64,000 nt of DNA from Phallusia mammillata (lineage: Eukaryota). The notes beneath the pieces are model-generated. The model saw nothing but the letters and a program-made list of their open reading frames with translations, did not search any database and was not told the origin of the DNA. This document shows positions 12,896-27,300 of this stretch, one piece after another. The translations under genes and the position numbers were made by a program. Within the stretch, counting starts at the first letter, position 1. Every line of letters begins with the position of its first letter. The stretch lies in contig OZ281498.1 in NCBI GenBank assembly GCA_965637545.1, positions 7,502,001 through 7,566,000 on the forward strand. The letters run 5' to 3'.

Positions 12896-15342
12896 ATTAA
12901 TAAAGCATGGCGCTTTTTAAGTCAATTTGGGACGTTATTTTCCTCATTAGCCTTAGGAACATTTTAGTTTTAAATACAAACATACCTGGGCAGGTGTATT
13001 AAAAAAAAAACATATGAAAGGCCCTCTTAAGTATGATTATGCGCAGACGAAGCATTGACGTGGATAGCTTGACGGAACAAGAAAAGTGGTTTTGGCATAA
13101 ATATCGCTGTTTTTTACTTCGTCTCACATTTCAAGGATACTCCTACCTTTTTTTCCTGTTGCCAATGACTCGTGCAGTTTTAGAGTGAACTTAGTTTTAC
13201 CCACATACCGGGTTAGTTTACACATGTCGTGTAGATCAAGTTGGTACAAACGATTACGAGGTGTCTTGTATTGTTCGGCATGCCGATTGCCAATGGAGAA
13301 ACAACGCATTCTTTCCCACAAAATCGTTAAATGCAATTTTTACCTATCATTAACCGAACAAAATTCATGTTACGACCCACACAAAATTATATGTAAGGTA
13401 CCTGCAGGTATAAAGGGTCACCTATAAACCATTCTCGACAACCAAAAAAATACATATTCTACACAACGAACAAGTAGCAAACTTCTAAAACATTGTGAGT
13501 ACATGAAAAATAATTCGATTAGTACAGCATCCTTTTTTTCGCTCGTTGAAACACATAAGTTTTCAGAGCCCTTTACGCGTTTTAGCGACAATTTTTGCAC
13601 TGTTTAATTTTTAACGAATGGGTGACTAGCTTTACAGCAGCCCAAATGTACAGCAAAATATTGTACCGCTGGTCATAGCACCATTTAGATGAAACTGAAG
13701 TCCACAAAAATCAATTTGTTTGTTTCAGAACGGAATATATTCCAGAAATTCGAGTGTATATCCATTAGTGTCAATTGCAATTTGCATGCATGCTTTTGGG
13801 CCCTGACCTCAATAACAAAAGGGTAATTTGTGCGGCATTTGGATTTTAATTATATGCTAAGAATTGCCATTGAATCATACAGCGAAGACATGTTGCACAA
13901 AAGGTCAGGCTGGTACATAATTCTTGTGTTAAAATATCACAAAAAGCTCACTTATTATATAAAGGAGAATGCTGAAACTGTGTACAGCTTTTTGCCGCTT
14001 ATCTGTTTACTTGCACAAAATCTTAGGACATCGCCAATGAATTAGCTCTTACCTAGCCCATTTATTCGGTTGATTGGACCATTTATTATCATTTAAGTAT
14101 TTTACTGCGGCAAACGGTTTAAAAACATCGATTAGATAAGCATTTACGTTCAACGCCACTGTTATGATAATATTTTGTTTTCGGTAATAAAGTATTCTTT
14201 GACAGTTCAGTTTTTGCTTGTTTGGTTTTCGGCGAATATGAAATTTCACCACTCCCAACAAGAACGCGACGCGTTTTAAAGCAACATCACCTTTTTTTCC
14301 ACTTGATCCACATCCAAAACAAACCCCCAAAGCGTTTTTGCAGGGTCATTGCATCTTAAGTACCACAGTCGTTGGCATTTTTGTGTTTAGGGTGAAGCCG
14401 CATAAATCACTCAACTTCAGTTGTATTAGCGCTTTTTGCTGTTATACTCGCGACTCTAATTGCATTGTTTTGGTCTCGCCTTTACTTAAGACAAGGTGTT
14501 TGGTCATGGTTACGACGCGCTAAGCAAATTCAACGCCTTTTGGTGTACTTAACAGCGCGCATGGTATGCAAGCAAGCCGGATGTTTAAAGTAAACGGGTG
14601 CTATCGGACTTTTAAGCCGTCAACACACTAAAGCAATTTACTACATTCAGCATATAGTTGAACATGTTGTAAAATTGTTTTTACTTGAGTGAAAAAAAAT
14701 AGTAATACATGGGATTATTAACTGACGATAGATGCGTTTCAGTGGCGTGAAAAGAAAACAGTGATATACAATTTGGGTGTTGCCTTTCGGACGAAATAAG
14801 CAGTAATAACAGTTTGTTTTAGGTCAAGTGCTAAGAAACGCCAACGCACATCCCTCATGCGCAAACAAACACAATGCTAAGGTTGGCAAAAGCTTTTAGT
14901 GGAAAACAAAATACCTCGTATACGCCACAATAACCATATGTCACCGTTACCAGCAAAAAAAACGAATACAAAAAGCAGTTATGATCAAAAATATCTAGGA
15001 ATATTAAGTATTTTTAGGTATCTGGTTGATGCACTACATTTGGGGTGGCAATTAGTATGACTTTTATTCAGGGGTGAAGAATTTTCGTTTAAGCAGGCAA
15101 AACCTAGCCCAACAAATACCGTCACATATACATACCGCAATAACTACAGTTTTTGGCTTGTTATCTCTAAGTCTAAAACATAACCAACGTTTTTGGCATT
15201 AGGCTAATGTTGCAACAGAAGGTCTCAACCTGACCCAAAATCCAAAACGCCACATGCGCCCAGCAAAACATCAGTACATAGTGCAAGCTAATGATAATTT
15301 GTTGTTTGATTCTCCAGGAAATCTGGTATCATTCGACAATCT

Positions 15343-18300
15343 ATGCAAGCTGTGATGGGAATAAAGGCGGAAAAGCTTGTGACGTGGGCGCTGACGTGTG
15401 TTTTGATTATTGTTCAACAATGCACAGGACAGCAAACAAGTAAGCACAGATTGTAACGACAGTCTATAATCACAGTCGCCACCTATTTAACGCTAGCTGG
15501 AAAACGAAATTTTATCAAGTTAAAACAGTCATAAATTTACCGACAAAGCACTTGCAAATAGAAGTTTACAATACATTGGCAATGCGTATGCAAAAAAGTT
15601 CACCAAATCATCATCACAAATCAATGTACATATTCAGTAACTGCAAACCAGCAGACAGCGGTTACAAAATTTCTCACAATTATTAAACCAAAACGAAAAT
15701 TAAACGAAATTTCGAAACGCAAGCGCACGTCATGACCTGCCGTTGCGTCGCTGACGTCATCCAGTTGCGTCGCCATTTCACGGAAGATCCACGTATCGGA
15801 CAAGCCGAGCTCGGGCAAGGCATAATTATGGGCGGATCGGGCACAAGTACTTTCCCCTACGCAAGCTCTAAATTTGTGACTACGTGGTTCACCGCACAAT
15901 TTTAATGACGACCACGGAAAGCGTGTTACGTCACAAGTTCCTCTGTCGTCATCTTTTACGGCGATGTTTTGTCACCCAACGCTTGATGAGTCAAAATCGT
16001 ATTTTCGACTGCAACTTTTGCACCCCATCGTGGTGACATTTAAAACTAATAGTTGCGTAATGGTTTTCGAATAAATTTAAATGTTAACTTTCCCTAACGA
16101 CAAATAATAATTCCAAACTAGCATGTAATCAATAATAATATATGCGATTTTTTTACATTTTAGCAAAACATTGTTAAAAGTGCAATACAGAAGCATGATT
16201 TAAGTTAACATAATTTCCACATTAGTATTAGGAAACAAATCTTTTTTTTTTCGGCTATCTGAAAACAACCTCTTATGAATTCGTAAATTTCGCTGAAGAC
16301 AAAACCAGACTTTAAATTCACACATTGCACTGCTCCATTTCAAAATACCTCCCTTTCGAAAAACCCTAACTTCAGGCTAAAATGTACTACCTACAAAAAA
16401 CGTCTCCAAATTCAAGTACCTTTTCATAAAAGCAACATAACAACGCCAACAATTTAAAAATATTAGCTACTCGTGGCATAACAAATGGCGCAGACAAAGT
16501 AAACGCTCCAGGTAAAAAAAAACTTCCACAAAATGAAGTACGTTTTCAGATTTGCAGTCAAAATTGCTCACAATTTAAAAATGTTAGCTACCCCTAGCAC
16601 ACCTTATGCACAGAAAAAGTACAAAAGCATTCCAAATGCAACCAGTATCTACAAAGCAAGGCATATCTACGCGTAACAACTCCTTGCTAACTAAGACAAC
16701 AAACGAAAGCCGCCCTAGCCTAGATCCTGTAAAAAAAACGTAAAACTCGGGATATCAAACCAGTTTTTCAGATTCTGTTGTGTATTTTTCAGGTGCCAGG
16801 AATCTTTTCGTAGAGAGGTTATCTCGAGTAGACGGATGGTACAATAACCTCGATCACCCAGACTGGGGCACACCGGGTAAGAACGCACAAAGACTTTCAA
16901 GTCCGCATGAAACCGCAATACAGAACATACCTATGTATCACACACGATTGTTCGCTGATTTTGAACGAAGAATATACGTTAGATAGACGTTAGGTAAAGA
17001 CGTGGCGTTCGTATTGCCGCTGATAACACAGTTCCTGCGGTTTACTAGATTGGAATAGACAAATGTGAGCGATAGGAGGCAAATATTACCTATTGAGAAA
17101 GGTAGAATGACCCTGACAGAGTTCAAGTCTGTTGAAAGAGATTATTCTTAACATTGTACTTGAATGGTGGACGTTATCTCAGTGAAGGTTTTGAACCTTA
17201 AAGCTCATTGTGGGAAAGTAAAATCAGTTAAAGCTCATTGTGGAAAAGTAGACCTGACTTACTTGCATAGGTAAACGCCTGTGATCTTCCCTAAATCGAC
17301 TTAAAGGCATTTTACTTGGCTTAATAAACCGTTACCTACATCAATCACGTTTTTGGGCACTGCTAAAGTGGGACCAAGTCTACTTATATCTAAAAAGGGC
17401 ACGCCCACGCCAAAACACGTTGTTCAAAATCCACGCCTTATTTTCCAACTAACAGCTAGTGTACATAACAAATTACTGTTCAGGAGAATGTAAGATTTAA
17501 CTAACAAAGCAATTAAATAGGAAACGCGAAACATATTGTAGGCTATGTTTAATGCTTTCACGCTAAAAGTAACAATACGACCCACTTGCTTAATCACGTC
17601 ATACTAATTGAACCAGTGTTTTTTAGTGTTTTCTTTTAATAGCAAGTTTAGTATTACACGGTAAATTGTAGTTTGAACACAACACCATTAATATCCCGCA
17701 TTGAAAAACTTAATAAATAAACCAACAATTTTGCAGCACTTGCATGTTTTAATTATGGGTGTCATCAAGGTTATGTTTGGGCAGAAGTAAAACAAACGTT
17801 TCACACGCAAATTTAAATATAATTAGATTAAACGTGACCACCAATGAAGTTGTAACGTCTGACATGGCATTTGTGCTTTTCAGGGACCGGATTGACAAGG
17901 AAAACGGGAGCACGTTACGCTGATGGGGTGAACAAGCCTGTAGATATGGGGCTGCCCAACCCAAAGGAAGTTAGCGACGCTATGTTCAAAGGCGAATCTT
18001 CGACACAAAGCGAACACTCCGTATTCTTTGCATATTTCGGTAAGAGTCGATTCAAAGACACGGTATTGTATCATATTTCTTAAAAAATGCAGCTTAAATT
18101 GTTATATAATTGGATTTCAAATGCCGATCTAAATGCTGTTCAGTGGTTGTTTAAGCTCGCTTTGGTTTAATGGGAAAAGTTTTTTTTTTTTACTTTACCC
18201 AAAAAACTGAACAAATCCAGTTATGGTTTTGTGGATAATCACCACGTGATAAGTACGTGATCAGTGCGTAATAAACACGTGATTATTGCGTGATTAGAGA

Positions 18301-21300
18301 ATGATCATTGCGTGATCACCACGTGATTAGAATCAGGATTGTGTTTTTATCGTTTTTTATGTTTGTGTACTTATTTGTGTTCTTCAAAGCATGAAAAGAG
18401 TGTGAAGAAACACCTGAACAAACCACTCGCATGGCTTATGGTTTTCGTTTAAACCAGTGGTTCCCAACCTTTCGTGGACCGTGGCGCCCTTAAAGTAACT
18501 TTTTGGCCTCGTGGCCCCCTTCAAGTTGCCATGTAGGACCTGTGGCCCCCTAAAATGTAGATTGAAATCCCGCGTTGGAATGCGGTATTAATTTTGGATT
18601 TAAACAGGTCTAATAGAGTAAATGAGCGTGACAAACCTCACTATAAACAAATGGTATGTGAAATAGTGGGTTAAATTCGGGAATAAAGTTAAAGTGAAAA
18701 ATCCCCCTGGGGGGGCCATGGGCCCTGGTTGGGAACCACTGGTTTAAACGATGTTTGAACCCCAAACCACCCGAATTTGATCCAGACTTTTAACCACGCC
18801 CTGTGAAGCGCCTCGCACCATTCGGCCAAACATGGAACAATTCTTCAACGCAATAATTATTTCTTTTATATTCGTAGGTCAGCATCTAGTGGATGATATG
18901 ATCGACACCCGGTCTGTGACCTGCCCAAACGAATATATCAACATCAAGTTTTACGAGAGGAAAAATGGTTCGAGAGTTGGAGGGCAACAAATCATGCCCG
19001 TGTATAGATCCAAGTACCAGAGCGGTTCAGGATCTTCAACAAACGCCCCGAGAATCCTGGTAAATTCGCGTTAATATAAGCCCGAGCAAAATAATGAAAC
19101 CCATTGGTAATCATATATAACACAGGTTTTGATAAGTGTTTGCACGCAATGCGCAAGGCCGTTTGTAGATTTATCATTAGTTTTTTATGCGTTTTCATCA
19201 AAATTTTAAGAGTAATGGATTAACGTTTATAAAAAATAATATTAGTTGGTTTTAATGCTAGATATATTTCGTTCAAACAGCATCATACTTAAAGACTCTT
19301 TTTCAAATCGATTTGAGTTGGATTTATAGACACTGAAGCGAAGTTTTTGACATAGGTAACAAAATTATCATATTTAACCTGGAAACTAACGTTTCTATGA
19401 ATGTGATCGTTTTTTGAACCAATCTGTTCCCGAAAGATATGTCAGTTTCCCTTTATCGAATAACGTGCTGGGCGATTCTATTTCAAAGTAAGATTACGAG
19501 ATTTTTTAGGCATTTACGTCATTGTACTATGACAACTAATGCAGCAATGAAGCTAAAAAGAAAATAACAAAAAAGTATTTTGCAATTTTAATGTAATGTG
19601 TGAAAGTGCAGGTGCTAACAATTAAATGTTCTTAAGTTGTCATAAACACCTGAATTTTGTCACCAAGTCCTAAAACTAAAGATTATCGTTCCAATATCCA
19701 AAATGATTTTTTCGCGGCACTTGGAAATCTTCACAAGTTTTTTTCGCGTAACAGTAGTTTAAAAAACGACTGGATTAGACATGAAACCGTGTGGCATCGT
19801 TTCCTTTGCTAGGAACAACAGCACGTTTTGGCACAATCTGTTGTGACCAAGTATGCATTACTGCATAATTCATGATGTGATAAACCTCATTTGGCGGGAC
19901 CGTCCCGTTCTATGACTAACCAATAAATGTAAATTGGAAATATTTTGGATTCGGCCTAATGCGTTATGTTTAAAACAGCCGGTTCCGCAACAAATAATGC
20001 TATTAGCGCACTGTATATATACGGAAATGCTATCTATATTTCTCAGACTATAGTGTCTAAGTCATAGGGAAGTAGGCCGTATACGGTTATGTGTATGTTG
20101 GTTGGAAAATTAACATGTAAACGAGATAATCTATATTAGTTAAAGCTGGGAGGGAGGTTTATTATTAATTATGAGGGTGTAAATTTAGTTTTCTTAACAA
20201 AAGCTACAAACCTGATTTGCATTTATATGCATTGCGTTGCAAAAATTGGTAATTCATTTGGGGTCTTTAATTTGTGATAATCTTGTCAAAGTCGTTTATC
20301 ACACGTATCAAAGATTGCAAAGCAACTTTTTACTGTTAAAATTGGTTTACAAATATAAAAAAATTCAACGTATGTACCTTTCAAGTACATTACACAAACC
20401 ATTAAACTTCCAAAGTGTAATGCATACAAAAATCATAAAACGAAATTTAAACATGTCACTAAATGCCTTAAAACTATTCCAATATGTTTAACGGACCAAT
20501 AAAATTTGCAACCAAAGTACCTTTTAAGTACAATATACAAAAACTTAATTTCCAAAGTTTCTAATGTTTACAAAAATCATGAAACAAAATTTAACCAATG
20601 CACACCACTGTTTACTAAATCATACAATTTACACAAGGTAGCATAAAAAACATGCCACAAAATGTTGCAAACCTATTCCAAAATGTTTAACAGACTAATG
20701 ATGTGACTGCATGGCTGGACGGGAGTGTGATTTACGGGGCAAGTAACTCATGGACGCAACACCTGAGATCCTACAGAGGAGGAAGACTTAAGGAAGAAGA
20801 CGGAGCTCCTGGGATTCCCTCATTTAACCGTAACGAGATCCCTCTGTATAACCCCACCATAGACCGTGAAAGACCACCCAAGACTCGAAACCCTGAAGAA
20901 CTGTTTAGTAAGTGATTTTGAAGGCGTGTTTGTAATTTCGGGTATCTGTGAGAACTGGAAGATTGAAAAACCAAGATATTTTGGGTTCATGGTGCACTTT
21001 TGATTAATTAAAATCTTTACCTTTAGTGAAATAAATTCAAGATGTGTTAAAAACAATTTGAATATTTAACAACAGGTGAAGGCAGCCTTTTAGTGAAATT
21101 CTACCTAAAGCAAACTGTATATAGCACTACACATAGAAAACGCTCAAAAAAATTAAAAACGACATCCCAACGACTCGTTAGACGTAATTCGTTGGGTTTT
21201 TTCTATATTTTGTTTCTATACACCAGTCATGTCATTTGTCAAATTGATCCCGTCAGCAATAGCAGCGTATTCTCACCATATATTCTACAAATTAAACACA

Positions 21301-24300
21301 GTCGTAAAATTAAAGTGGGCCAAATTGTGAGACATGTCTGACAAAGTTTCTTAGAAAACGCTTAGCTGCGCGTTGCACATATCACGTAGCAAAAATGCTA
21401 ACTAAATATAGTAGGGAGAACCCCACTAGCTATTACTGCAAAAATGTTCTCAGAATTTTTATTACAAGAAAAACAGTCAACCTCAAAGAAGTAAGTTGCT
21501 TCTTTTTATTAATGCGGTGTAAAAAATGCAGTTGTAATATTCATAAACACGGCTAAAGCGCTTTTTCTGTACAACGGTTGTACAGGTGTTGTTGTTGTAT
21601 TAACACAAAAACATGCTTTGAACCCAACACAAACAAGGTTTTTTCAACCTATTATCAAAATTAGTTGTCAAACAATAGTTGAACTGCAACGACCTTTTGC
21701 TGGCTTCAAGCGACAAATTGTTTACAAACTAGTTTGGCAATATGCCAAGGGAACCAATTTTAAGTAAAATCAAGTCTTTGAATCCACTAAGCACGGCCTG
21801 ATGAATGTTAATCGACAACGCATGCCTAATCAATGTTAATTAGCTCAAAATGGAGCATATATCTTTTGAATGACACGAGTTGTTTGTAAAAATTTGTACA
21901 GCTTTTCGGAAAAGGTAGATTTTCGCAACGGATTTTTGGTTTGGAATTACGTTTGAATAAAACGGGCTTTATGTGGGCCTGACTTCACACGAACATTTAA
22001 ACTTGGGATTGAAAACTTTCGGGGCGAGTCGGGCCAGATTTTGGGTTAAGGGACTAAATTTCAGACCGAGCTCAAATGGAAAGCCATCTTAAAATCATAT
22101 ATTTAAACATGAACTTTGCACTTGATACAAAATACTTATCCACACAGGTTTTGGCAACCGCAGAGGCAACGAAAGCCCGTTTCTTATTAGTGTCGGAATT
22201 TTGTGGTTCCGATGGCACAATTACCTTGCAGACAAGTTTGCAAGAGAAAACCCATCTTGGAACGACCAGAGAGTAAGCATATGTGACATTACTGTACACT
22301 GTATAATTATAGTAGATACGAATATTTGCATGAGGCAAACCATGGCCATGGTCATAATTAATTATTATAATTCGTTTCAAATGCGCATTTGTTTATCTGT
22401 AATTGACCAAAAACAGAAATAGATTTACGTCAAAGGAAAATTAATTGCGTACATTGACGATATAAATAACGATTAAACGTTTTGCAGAACAAACAAAATT
22501 TTCCAATTTTTAAGTCACATCGTTAAAGTTTCGGTTTTAGTTCAAACAAGCAAGCGGAAAATTTGCATTTTTTTTACTGAAGCTGTTCAACACCGCGCGA
22601 AGATGGACAGTAGCAACTTTTCAGAAGATTGTTATGTACGATTGGTTGAACGAGATTACAGGAGAAACATTGCCTCGTTACAACATCACAGGTAAATTAA
22701 TTACAGTCATGAAAACAATAGTGGCGGGGCATAAGAAGATCTCAAAACTCCTAAAAAGCCTAAATCGGGAAAAAATAACCAGTTGAAACAAGGGTTTTTT
22801 ACACAAAACTAACACGTTCACCCATACATAATCAAAAAGAAGGCTCGTTGCATGCGTTTAATACTGCTTTGGACGTTAACTTAATCAAATAATCACATAT
22901 AAGTTAACTGTATAACCAACATGGCTTTATTACTATACGATTCCGTTTTAAAGGATAGCATTCACAGCCATAGAAACCTCTAAAAGATTATTTTCTATTA
23001 AGGTTACAATTCGTTTCTCGACCCTGGTATCTCAGTCGAATTCTCTACCGCCGCCATGCGGATGGGTCACAGTCTTATCCCGAGTGGAGTTGTACTTCGA
23101 GACCCGGAGACTTGTAATCCTATTTCACCGCTACCTTCACAGTATGGTGCTTCTGCCGGCGAATCAGCTTTGAGATTATGCAACAGTTATTTTGCTTTGC
23201 AGGTGAGTTAACCGAAATAAAACAAGCGTTTAAAACGGAAACGACAGAAAAATCGATAAATTATTGTATTTGTAATCATTTCTTTGCATGTTAAAAATTC
23301 CTGTTCCTTTTCATTTTTGGCCGTTTATCTGCATTTTTGCGTGTTGTAAAGAAAAGCCATTGTGTTCTGCAGCATAGTATAGTATTATTAGCGGTTATGT
23401 GCAAGATATAAATTTAGGATGCTATCGTTCAAAACGGTATCGACGACATCATGTTGGGTATGACGTCACAAGCGGCGGAGAATGGTGACAGATTGGTGGT
23501 TGAAGATTTAACAGGTAAAGTGAACAAAACTCAATAAAATTCCGTTTTTGAAATTGTTTAATGAAAAAATTTGGAATGAAAGCATTTTTTCGAGTGAGTT
23601 AAATCAGTTTGCATTTAGTTAGCCGAAGGATGATAATTGCCTGTATTTCGTGTGTTTGTTTATTTGTTGTAGCGTATTAAAAATTTGTGTCCTTACACAT
23701 AATTAACAGTTGCATTTAAAATAGAATTTACGTACGGGCCTCTGAAGCGAACGCGGATGGATTTGGAAGCATTGACGATTCAAAGAGGTAGAGATGCCGG
23801 TGTCGCAAGTTACAACAACGCGAGGAAAGCATACGGGCTTAATCCTGTCAGCACATTCGCTGAAATTAATCCTGATCTGCCAGGCGATGTAAGTTGGTTT
23901 TGAACCAGAATAGAAATAAGAGCCTTTACAACAATTACCGGTAAAATAGGAAAACAAATCACAAATTTTTACAATTCACTGGAAATTGCGTTTATCCGAA
24001 ACTTTCTTAAACAATACACGTTGTTGACAAAAGTGCTAATTTACATCTTGTTGGCTAAATAAAGTTAAAATGACCCTTGTCTATGGTAAAACAAATGCTT
24101 TCTCTGTATGGTGTCGTCCAGAATAGAACAAATCACTCTCTCACCATTCGGTCAAATGACCCTCACCGCGTATTTTATTTTGCATTATCGGTAATGCATT
24201 TTACAGGTTGTGGCCAAGTTAGCAGAGCTTTACAACAACGATACTGAAAGAGTTGACATGTATGTTGGTGGAATGATGGAGAAAAAACAACGACTCACCG

Positions 24301-27300
24301 GAGAACTTTTTACAATGGTTATCAAAAAACAGTTTGAACGAACAAGAAATAGCGACCGGTTTTGGTTCGAAAATGTTGAAAATAGGTAAAACAATTGACT
24401 TTCTAGATTCTACCTATTTTTTCTAATTCAATAGGCACACCCCACTTAAAGCAATAAATTGAATTTAAAGGTCTTAACCATTTGGTATTTTTATAAACTC
24501 ACATAACAATTGGGGAAATGATAAGTACTCGGCAGCAGACTTGGACAACTAGATAATTCTAGTTGTCTAATTGGGCAAATTAGAGCAAAATGGCGATAAT
24601 TCTAGTTCTAATCTAATTTGGAATTATCGAGTAAGCTCTAATTTCAATTCTAATCTAATTCACAGTTTTCCCAAAAATGCTAGTTTGTCCAACGGCACTT
24701 TGAAGCATGTGATCTGAGCATGCATTTTGTAACCAAAGCGCACAAAACCATGTAATTTACAAGACCAAACTACATCACTGAAACTTGCTTTTCAGTTAAA
24801 TTTGGCACTATGACGAACAGTATCTATAAGATTTCGATTTATAAATCGTAAGCACTACCTCGTTGGCTGTTGTGGTATAACATAATTTGGTAATAAAAGG
24901 TAATACAGTTTGTACGTCAAATGAAAGAGAATTATGCGTAAAAAGTAAGCCTCATCACATTATAAAAACCAGCATCATCAGATTATGAAAACCAGTATTT
25001 TTTATAAAAAATACAGGGAAGCAAACTTAGGCATAGCTGCGTCAATCGCGAAGGACGAATACAATTGCAACTGTCCGCCGACGTAAAAAATCCAGCATTA
25101 TAAAAATCTCGGGTCAAAATAACGGACCATTTTCGAATTGATGCTTCTGAGAACTATACAGTTACACGTTTTAGACATGACGAATCGTATAGTTTTAAAC
25201 GTGCAAATCTACAATTCTAAATTTGAAACAAACTAAAGTTGGTTAGCCTAAATCTATAATTCTAGTTTGAATTCTAGTTTAATTTCTAGTTTTTAAGAAA
25301 ATTTTAATTCTAATTCTAATCTATTTAGTAAACAGATGAAATGCTCTAATTTTAATTCTAATCTAGTTTGAAAATCCGAAAAAAATCTAGTTGTCCAAGT
25401 CTGCTCGGCAGACAGCGCCCATTGTTTCGACCTTTCAGTCTCATCAGTGCAGCTGGTGGCAAGGCAGGTCGTATTGGGTAGAATGGCCATCTAATGGCAC
25501 TCCAGTTTGTTGGAAGTGACAGACAGAAAATAAATGCCTCACCAATTATGTTTGACAACTGGGCACAAAACACAAAAATCATTTATTGGCTTGATGATTA
25601 TTTTTTGTTACCATGTAGCCAATTTACCGAACAAGAAGTTAATGAGATACTCGACACAACAATCCGTGATATAGTGGAAATAGTTACAGGAATTCAAAAC
25701 AACACTCTACAACCAAATTTGTTCAAAATTGAAGGTAAACTTAACCATGGTTCATTAAACGTTATAAGAAACCAATGCTAATACGAAAACGACTCATGCA
25801 ACGAGTGACTTTTTTATAAAGCTGTTTCCATTACCAGTTATATCATTCAAAAACAAGCAAGGGTTATTTTTTTGAACATTATTCATGAACCTGTTCATAA
25901 ATCTAATAACTTATATAACGGTCACTTTTAATATCTATTTTTGGCCGTGATGTTCGTCATTAGATAATTATTTTGTGATTATAACACGTTTTATAACCAT
26001 TTATTAACAAACACCACCATGCTTTACAGGCTCGAGATGTCCCCATATAAGAGTGACACGTTCAAATTTTACGAAGCCGTGTACACCAAACGTTGGTATC
26101 GACTTTTTCGAGGGTTTCTGGGGCAAATACGTTGGCGTTGTTATTCTGCTACTGCTTTTCCCAACGGGTAAGCCAAAATTGTTGTTCGAAAAAAATTGCA
26201 TTACAAGCTTAAGTCAATTTGAGTTTACATTTGTCAATAGCGTTACTCGACCTACAAAACATCAAAATTTAGTAGATAAAACATACAAATCCCCCCAATG
26301 TTATGCTACTGTTCAAACCTGGTAAACAGTAAAAGCAAAAATCAATTGCAACAAAAAGATTTTTTACTCATAGAAAAACGTGTGATATTAGCATTTTTTA
26401 AATTACCACACCGTATTTCGTCATTGACCGGAATTAACGATACACTACAGTTTTGGGCTCCGTGTGCAATAACACGAACTTGTAACTAACCGGATTTTGG
26501 ATGTACTAACTGTACAAATCATATCTGTGTATATTTTAGTGGCGTATTTCATTATGTGCATCATCGCGTGGAAGCGACAGCGCGACACAATTCAGATCAA
26601 GAAGTCTTTGGTGCAAGTCGCCAAGCAGTCAGCAAAGAACACGAAACAGGGCACAACTGAAGGCGATGTATTTCCAGGTGCGTAACAATAACTACAACAC
26701 TATTATACACCCTTTGTGGTGACAAATCTCCTCAAAGCCACTGCCAAGGCACCACTGTAGACATAACTTTACTGTGATTAAAGTATTTCTGTTTACTGGA
26801 TATTATTGTGCTGCAGCGTTTGAAATAGAGGGAAAAAGTCGATCTCGGCGTGTACTTCTTGTCCTGGATGGAACTTGCATTACACTCCTAAGTATCAGTT
26901 CAGCGGAGCTAAGAAAAATTTGCGTGGCGCAGTTCAAGGTAAGTGATCTATCATTACAAATCAGTTATTTATATCTTTTGCTGCAATTTTTACACGAAGC
27001 TAAATCTCTAGTTGTAAAAGTTACACGCAGCATTGTTCAGTATCATTACGCGATTCTTTTGTGGCAGAAATCGTATATCTTCATATCCCGCAACAAAAAA
27101 CGTGATATCTTTGTGATAAGGATTCCTAAAGAATACGACGTGGTGTTGAGGTTTACTACAGGAGACGAAAGGTGAAAATATTATACAACTCCTTTCAACT
27201 GCAAATATATAACATTATAAGTAAAATATTTTCAACTTACAGCTTTGGTTGTTCTAATGCCGAATTATCGCAATACACGCGCCTGATAACCTTACCAACC

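Noticed and set aside
26939-27067. In-frame, stop-free 129-nt DUOX intron suggesting regulated retention
   Set aside because: With 33 introns, one short 3n stop-free intron is plausible by chance, and the encoded peptide has no DUOX similarity I can see.
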